DNA of 64,000 nt from the human T2T-CHM13v2.0 reference genome, Homo sapiens. Location: assembly GCF_009914755.1 (NCBI RefSeq), contig NC_060927.1; one strand, 5' to 3'. The stretch's first letter is position 1; each line of letters opens with the position of its first letter. Positions 56,673 through 64,000 of this stretch are shown one piece after another. The notes below the pieces were generated by a model. The model had not been told where the DNA came from. It did no database searches and saw only the letters and a list, made by a program, of their open reading frames with translations. Position numbers and translations under genes: made by a program.

Positions 56673-56786
56673 CCTCATGCATTTCTATTTGCTTTTTAGC
56701 ATTTCTCCAATCACTATGAGTAGAACATGTCTGTGTTAGCCTCCCAAAAGGAAGATGGATGGGCTGTAGAGGAGAGACGTACCAGA

Positions 56787-57183
56787 TGTCTTACTTTGTG
56801 TTGTTATAACAAAATACTTTAGGTAATTTATAGAGAACAGAAATGTACTTTTAGTGGAGGCTGGAACCCATGATCAAGGCACCAGCAGGTTCAGCTCTAG
56901 TAAGGGCCTAATCTCTGCTTCCAAGTTTGTGCCTTGTTCCTGCATCCTCTGAAGAAGAGGAATGCTGTATCCTCGGCAAGTAAAAGAGGTAGAAGGCATG
57001 GAAGGGCAAAAGAGAGAGGGGCAAACTCCCTCCATTGAGTCCTTTCATAATGACATTAATCCATTCATGAGGACAGAACTCTCATGACCTAAATACCTCC
57101 CCAAAGACCCATCCTCCCAACATTTGCATTGGGGATTATGTTTCCAACACACGAAGTTTAGGGAATACATTCAGACCATAATA
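56787..57183 (-). mobile_element. MST (MSTD-like) MaLR solo LTR
   Basis: TGTCTTA...ATCAAGGCACCAGCAGGTTC...ATTAATCCATTCATGAGG...ACATTCAGACCATAATA. Near-perfect TSD CCAGA/CCAGG. Confidence 0.82.
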
Positions 57184-58620
57184 CCAGGTAAGCTGCCCCA
57201 GCCAAATGCAGCCTAAAGTGAGTCCCTGTTGGTATTTGCAAATGCACAAGCAGCTAACTGCAAACACAGGAGTAATGCCAGACATGTGGGCTCTGCTGTT
57301 GGTTGGATTTGGCAGGTTTCATTTACATGGGAAAGTTCTGTTTCATGTGTTTTTCATTCTCTTCCACAGACTAATAGGCTAGACTAGGTGTGTCTTTCTC
57401 ATGATGATGGCATCAGCTCATGTAGAACTGCATTTTACACAAAGTCTCTTAGATTCTTGACTTGGAACTAGCTCTCTGTAAGTTCCATTTTATTCCATTG
57501 GTCAAAGCAAGTTAGTTAGATGACCAAACCCCAAATCAGGGGACAGAGAAGTGTCCTCTTTTGTGGAAGAAAATGCAAAGTCTCAAGGCAATAGCTTTAA
57601 TCAGAGTGATTGTGAAGTATTGGAGCCATTAACACAATCTATGACTCCTAGAAAGATGTCACACAGTTAAGTAATTACAGCATAATTCATTCATTAAACT
57701 TGTATTAAGTATTATGAAGAAGAAATACTGCATGGTAAGCTCTACATGGAAAACAACAGAGAAAACAAATATATTGTTAAGCATTTCTATTTCAAGATTA
57801 CAATCCTGGATAATTATAATATTGACTATCACATTTCCATAGTAGGAGCTATTTAATAATGCACATGATATCTAGTCTGCATTTTGTTAAATGCATAAAA
57901 TTGACATTAAGCAACAAAACTAATATCCTGGTTACGTAAAAATCTCTGATTATTTTTCTATTTAATTTTGAGAGCTAAGCAAGCCAGGCTATTTCCTTCT
58001 ATCTCCAATGATTTCGCACAAAACTTTTACACCATTTGGGATTACATACTATGTGGTTTTATATCTTTAGGTTTGAGAAACATATATATTGCTTAGAGAT
58101 TATGAGAGAGTGAGGCAGGGAATTACTAGGGAAAAAAATTGTCCTCAATGTGTTACCTTTGCAGAGAAAGAAAAATGCACCACCATTTATACTTTCTTGG
58201 GTATCTTGTTCAGGACCCTTCTCATTATTCTACCGTCCACTCCCTGACTCACTACTCTGCAGGAGGAGGAAGGAGTATCTAATTTGTCCACATAATCAGT
58301 TGGTGTTTCAAAGCTCTCTTTTCTCCCTTGACTGCCTTCATGCAGAGTAAATTCTTCTCTTTTTCCTCTTCCATGTAATAAATATTTTCCTCTTCCAAAA
58401 TAAAATAATTTCCTCTTCCAATGTAATAAATATTTTGGGATCTATCCTCTCTTACAACAGGGTGGAAAAATGAGGAAGAAACTGCTGTTTTGAAATTTTA
58501 TCTGCATCTAGGTAGGCAAACTCAAATAAGAGTGGGATAAGCAAAATATCCCTGCTGTATTTTCCAATCTAGTTTTACCAATAATGTATACTTAGATTCT
58601 GATTTGGCTTCTTCTGTCAG

Positions 58621-59095
58621 CTGTTAGTTGATTGGATTTAAGATGGCTGCAAATTCTATGACATTCCTTCCGTTGAGAATGGGGTCTATATCCCCTGCTC
58701 TATAAATTCAGTGAGGAAGTGATGCTATTTAACTTCCAAGGCTGGGACACAAAATTTCCATGCAGCTTTTACCTTGTTCTCCTAGAACAATCACTTTCTA
58801 GGTGCTGCCTCTTGGGTATCTCAGAATCCAGCTGCCATGCTAAGAGAAACCTAAACTACCTAGGGAGGCCCTGTGTGGGTATCCGGCTTGCAGTCCCAGC
58901 TGAGGCAGATTAAGTCAGGCACCAGACAAGGAAGTGAAAGAGGCTCCAAAATTATAGACCAGAGACCAGCTATTTTTGTTGGACACTGTCTGAATTCCTG
59001 ATCCACAGGAGCAATTAACATAATCAAATAGTGGGTTTTTTTTTCAGGCCACCAAATTAGGGCACATTTGTTATATAGCGATAATGACTGGTACA
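58621..59095 (+). mobile_element. MLT1G/H-like LTR
   Basis: AAGATGGCTGCAAATTCT...GGGGTCTAT...CCAGCTGCCATGCT...TTTGTTATATAGCGATAATGACTGGTACA. Confidence 0.7.
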
Positions 59096-59592
59096 TTCGA
59101 GAAAAGAGCGTGGATGAGGGACAACCATGCATCCATGCAACAGATGAATCATACAAAAGAAAAGGACAATTCTTGGGAAAGAGAACTCTGAGAAATGTAA
59201 ATCTGTTTCAGGAGTTCTTCAAGCCTCATCAGGATCTAACTGGCCAGAATTGGTTGCTTCCAATTAAGCCCCTAATATTCAAAGCCAACTATTAGCACAA
59301 GTCTGAAATGGCTTTAGGAATGTGATTTTAGAATGACTGAGGCCAGATTGTAATCACTGGAAACACAAGTATCACCCACCTGGTCAGCTCCATGCCAGCA
59401 CCCTGGAATGATGGGAATATATATGTACGCGACCTTAATTACAGCAAATTTAAAAATACTTGTGTGTGCCTGTGTGTGTGTGTGGGTGGGTGGGTGTACT
59501 ACCTTAGAGAAAAAGACAAATGACAAGAAAACAAATTTATATCAGAGTTTGAGTTTAGTCATAATACACTCATCTTCAGATATTCTTTAGAT

Positions 59593-59646
59593 ACACACAC
59601 ATACACATACACACACATACACATACACATACACACACACATACAT
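59593..59646. repeat. Mixed (CA)n/(CATA)n repeat
   Basis: Read directly from the sequence. Confidence 0.9.
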
Positions 59647-61034
59647 ATCTCCTGGATTTACAGCAAACCTTCATCACCTCTTCTCTTGTCTTCATTTTTA
59701 TCTATATTTCTAACTATGAAATTACTATTTATTTGAATTGAAGATCCTAAGATAATTGAATATTTATTTTCTCTACCACATGTCAAGTATGTTAAGAATT
59801 TAAAATTTCAATAATAAGGATGAGACAAACAAATAAAAACCTTTAAAATAATTTAATAGCTGAGGTCATCAAAACTGTACTATTCCCAGAATTTAATGAT
59901 CCAAGTTTTTTTGTCCCTCTTTCAATACTGCAGAATGGTTACAAAATTTATTTTGGAATTTTAGTATAAAACTTATACTATTTTAGTGCCTAATTCACAT
60001 CCTTGGGAGAAAAAAATTAGCTTACCTTTGTACTGGTTATTTAGACTCAGTTTCAAATTACAGGTACTCACAGGCACTAGCTTAAGCAATATGGAATATT
60101 TATTACAATGATGCTAGAATATCTCATAGAATTGAAGGGTAGGCATAAATTTAGTTCTCTGGAATTGCCTGGAGACAGGAACTAGGAGGTTTTATGCCTC
60201 TCTTTGTGTCTGTTTCAATTTTCTCATTCTCAAGGATCAGCTGATTCCAATTTTCCTGACCACATAGCAAAACAACAACAACAACAACAAAACATGGCTG
60301 CTGATGAATCCCGAGTTGACATGTTGCTCCCTGGAGCAGACTTTTGTTTTTTCAGTCTCAACTTCAAATTCCTAGGGATTGAACCATGAATAGCTTAGGC
60401 TAAGTCACTGTCTTTGGGGAGTGGACTCTGATGGCCCTTCCCTGTCAGGCCTGGTGAGGGGACAGGGTTGTGTTGTACAAAACAGCTTCCCAGACAGACT
60501 ATTGCCCTCCTGTGGTGAAATGGGGAAAGCAGCTCCCCAAAAAGGGTGGTATGAAAAGTGAGTTGAAATCGGTCACCTTAACATTAGAGTCAGTGCAGGT
60601 GCAGCAGGTTCTGCAGTAGTAGCTGGACATCAAATAGGTAGAACTATTTCCACAGAGCCCAGGCAATACCTGTTTTAGCAGAAGTGACTAGTAGAGATAC
60701 TTCTGATTCAGCACATCCAGACCAATAGAGTTGGGGTTGTATGAGGTCCTGTAAGAAATGGACATTTCAGGCCCCAAGTGGCTTCTAAGGCCTGCTCTTG
60801 TATTTCCTTATTTACCAATATATTGTTAAAATATGTTCCCATCACCTGAGAAAACTGAATGTGATTCTGTGCTATGCAACTTAAACGAACCTATTTCATA
60901 CACTTCTCAGGATGCAAACAATTGACACTGTTAGTGAGACTGAAAGGATGCTCAGATTAACAGTTAATAATTTTGAAAAGTGTTTTTTTGAAAAGTGTTA
61001 GTTTTATTGGTATTAAAATGAAAAATACTAGTGA

Positions 61035-61285
61035 TAATAAGTGACAACAGTGCTAACTACTTTATATTGAGTGCTTACTGTGTTCCACTGAAAATACTTC
61101 ACAGGCATTGTCTTAACCTAAACACCACATTGGTCCTATGAGGTTGTTTTAATGTTATCATTCTCGTTTTACAAATGAGGAATCTGAGGCTCAGAAAAGT
61201 TAAGTTTTCTGAGGTCCCATAGCCGGGAAATAATGAAGCCAAAAATATGACACAGAACCTCAGCTCTTAACCACTTTGCTGAACT
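61035..61285 (-). mobile_element. MIR SINE
   Basis: TATTGAGTGCTTACTGTG...CCTATGAGGT...TTTTACAAATGAGGAATCTGAGGCTCAGAAAAGTTAAG...GCTCTTAACCACT. Confidence 0.8.
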
Positions 61286-64000
61286 GCTTCCGCGGGACTT
61301 TTAAAACATATAGAGTATTGAGAACGGATCGCGATTTCATTTTGAGAAACCAAGTAAAGTGCAATCTAAAGACACATACATAGAGGACTCCCAGTAGCAA
61401 ATATGTGGTTTACCTTTCCACATATTTTCTGAAATATTTGCCCTTGGATACTAATCCTAAAGTATTTCAACATCTGGTTCAAATTACACATTTTGCTTTA
61501 TCTATAAAACTGCAAAACGTTGTATCATTAGCACCAAGCAAACATGTGTTCCTCATTATGTTTTATTCTATTCATATTGAAATAATTATTAAATGACATC
61601 AGTTTCTCTATTTTCCTTATTTACTTGTACTATTTTAGTAGCAAATAAAGTGTTTTATTGTTAGTATAAAAAGCCATATTGAAATTTTTGGAAATTTTAT
61701 TATTTTATCTTGTTTTTGCAAGTCATCAGTTGTGATAAAGTTTAAAAAAGTTATAACCCAGTTTATTAAAAATAACTCCCACTCTAATAAACCTACACTT
61801 CCAAATGTCACCAGTTATTGTTTAAGAGAAATTGAAAAGCCTTTTAAAAATGGCTTGTCTCTATTCAACATCCTAGGATTCTTAACACTGTGGACCACCT
61901 CCTTTTTCTAAACTACCACGAGTTTTAAGAGTGGGAATAGAAATGTGAAATGGGAAGACGAAAATACTATTTGGAACATTGATGTGAAGGAGAACAGTGA
62001 TGCAGCTGTAGAAGGTTGCAGGTATGTAAAGATTAAATAAAAATTGTTATGTGTCTTCATTTGTTTTCTGAGCTCATAGAAATGTAGAGATGTTTATTTT
62101 GGACAGGAAAGACATAGAGTGGGAAATTTGGAGTCCCAGATAAGGTAGTGGATGACCTGTGAAGCAAAATCCATGATAATGAAAGAGATGGCAAAAGATG
62201 CCTCCCCATTGTTCCCTGTGAAAGGCTGAATATAAGATTTGGGAAAAATGTGACACATCCCTGAAAATGAAAGAGGGTAGAAGATAAAGATCAATACAAA
62301 TCCAGATAGATGTACAGATTGAGACTGGGAGAAAGGGAGAAGTGAAGACCTCCCTTCTGATTTACCACTGATAGGACAACTACTATCCTCCTTCTGTCCC
62401 TTTATGGCCTTTTTCTTGTTCTTGTTTTTCTTCTCCTTTAATTGTTCTTTTAAACAAGCCTAAAATATTTGGTATTGAAGCACAGTTCATTTCTGAGAAC
62501 ACAAAGTTATAATTGGATTTTGGATTTCCATGAGGCAAAAAAAAATAATTTTTTATTATTTTTGAGATATCAAGAGAGAAAATGTTATAATGAATCAAAG
62601 ACTAGGCTGAAGAAATCTTTGGCAGAAAGAAATCGAAAGCATGTATTTTCTTGGATATATAATATTTTCTTCAATTATATAAAAGTCAAAAAATAAATTA
62701 AAAAGACAGAACCCAATACCTATTGGCTGCATTTGGCCATAGCCGGGTTTATACTATATGGCCTAACTCCCTTCACCTGGGAATCTGACACCTGCACTCT
62801 GATTGAAATGATTATCTGTAGCATCCTCATTCTTTATTTTTGGAGGTGATTATGAATATTCATTTTTTTAGTAAAAACTTGCAACTGTCATTTGTTTTAA
62901 TAATTGAGCAATTATTTCAATCATTTGTTAGAACTTTGCTGTTTTGAGGGTTGATTCTGAAAATAAAATGACCTGGAATGTTTTCATTTTAGTTTGGATA
63001 GGAAAAAACAAAGTGAATACCATGGTACATATGTTCACTGAAATTTTAAATTACTTAATTTTCATCCCATGTGTCCTGAGGAGAGTAAAAGTACCAATGA
63101 AAAACAATTGTAAGACATTTTACACACCATTAAAAAATAAATAAATTACTTTAGGGCCCATGTAATACTCTTTTGGAATTCAGTTTTATCTGAATAAGTT
63201 TCAGACCAAGTCTCTTTAGTTAACTTCATTATCTTTAATCCTGCATTAAAGATAATTACACTGATATTTTTTACATTTGTGGTCTTTGTTATCCACTCTT
63301 TGTGAATGCTATTTTTAACTTTTGCTACTTCTACACCCTCAAAGTCCAGAAAGAGCATAACTTTGCATGAAGGCAAACAAACTTTACGCATCTTCTGGGA
63401 CCCCTCTCCCAGAAGGGTGATTTAGTAAATTCATCCCTTGCACCAAATGTTAAACCGCTATTTAGGCAACTGTTAGCAGAAAAATGAAATGTATTTTATT
63501 ATTCCATATAATGCTAGATTTTAACAAACTATATTATGTTTGTAAAACTATCTAAAGGCAGCTAATGTATGTATAAAATGTGTTCAATATTACCTAGGGC
63601 TACTAAATGATATCATGATTCATCAAATTATTTGGTTATTTTTGCTATTGGAAACTCTTTAAATATGTATTCACACAATTTTTTCAAAGATTTTTCAGGA
63701 TTAAATAATCACTTCAAATTAGAATGAGATGTTTTGAGAGTACTATAAATTGAGTCAATATTCATTTCAACCACTTTCTAATACAATTTTCTTTAAAAAA
63801 ATCTGGTAAACTAAAAAGAAATGAACAAATTATTAATAGATACATAGATGAGCACATACATACATACATAGATAATTACCATTTTCAGATTCCTTTGCAG
63901 ACGGACTCCCACACAGCTGTGGTTCCTCTAAGTAGTTATAACTACATCAAATCAGAGGAAGGAAGCAAGCAATGAATGAGAGGAAGCAACTATATCGAGG

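Larger units (their letters stand above)
56225..57280 (+). mobile_element. MLT1I/J-like LTR interrupted by the U6/L1 chimera and an MST LTR
   Basis: AAGCCTAGGCTTCAAAGGCCCTCAT continues after 56673 with GCATTTC...CACTATGAG...AACATG and resumes after 57184. Confidence 0.6.

Overview
Human (primate) AT-rich non-genic or deep-intronic DNA. I found no host protein-coding exons and cannot name the locus. The first 14.5 kb holds two full-length LINE-1s, tail-to-tail and about 0.96 kb apart. One is a decayed L1PA7-like copy on + (1277-7543). The other is a young human-specific pre-Ta L1HS on - (8505-14512) with intact ORF1 (338 aa), ORF2 (1275 aa) and antisense ORF0 (71 aa), a 9-bp TSD, and two apparently private 5'UTR deletions. 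The remainder is a mosaic of MaLR/ERVL/ERV1 LTRs (several nested), Alus, hAT and mariner MITEs, old L1/L2/MIR fragments and microsatellites, with repeat-poor enhancer-like islands between them. A less obvious feature is an ancient U6 snRNA/L1MA 3'-end chimeric retrocopy at 56411-56672. I see no convincing new biological system. The best leads are the potentially active L1 with an altered promoter, the convergent L1 inverted pair, and the U6/L1 chimera. Subfamily names and consensus comparisons are from memory and need Dfam/RepeatMasker confirmation.
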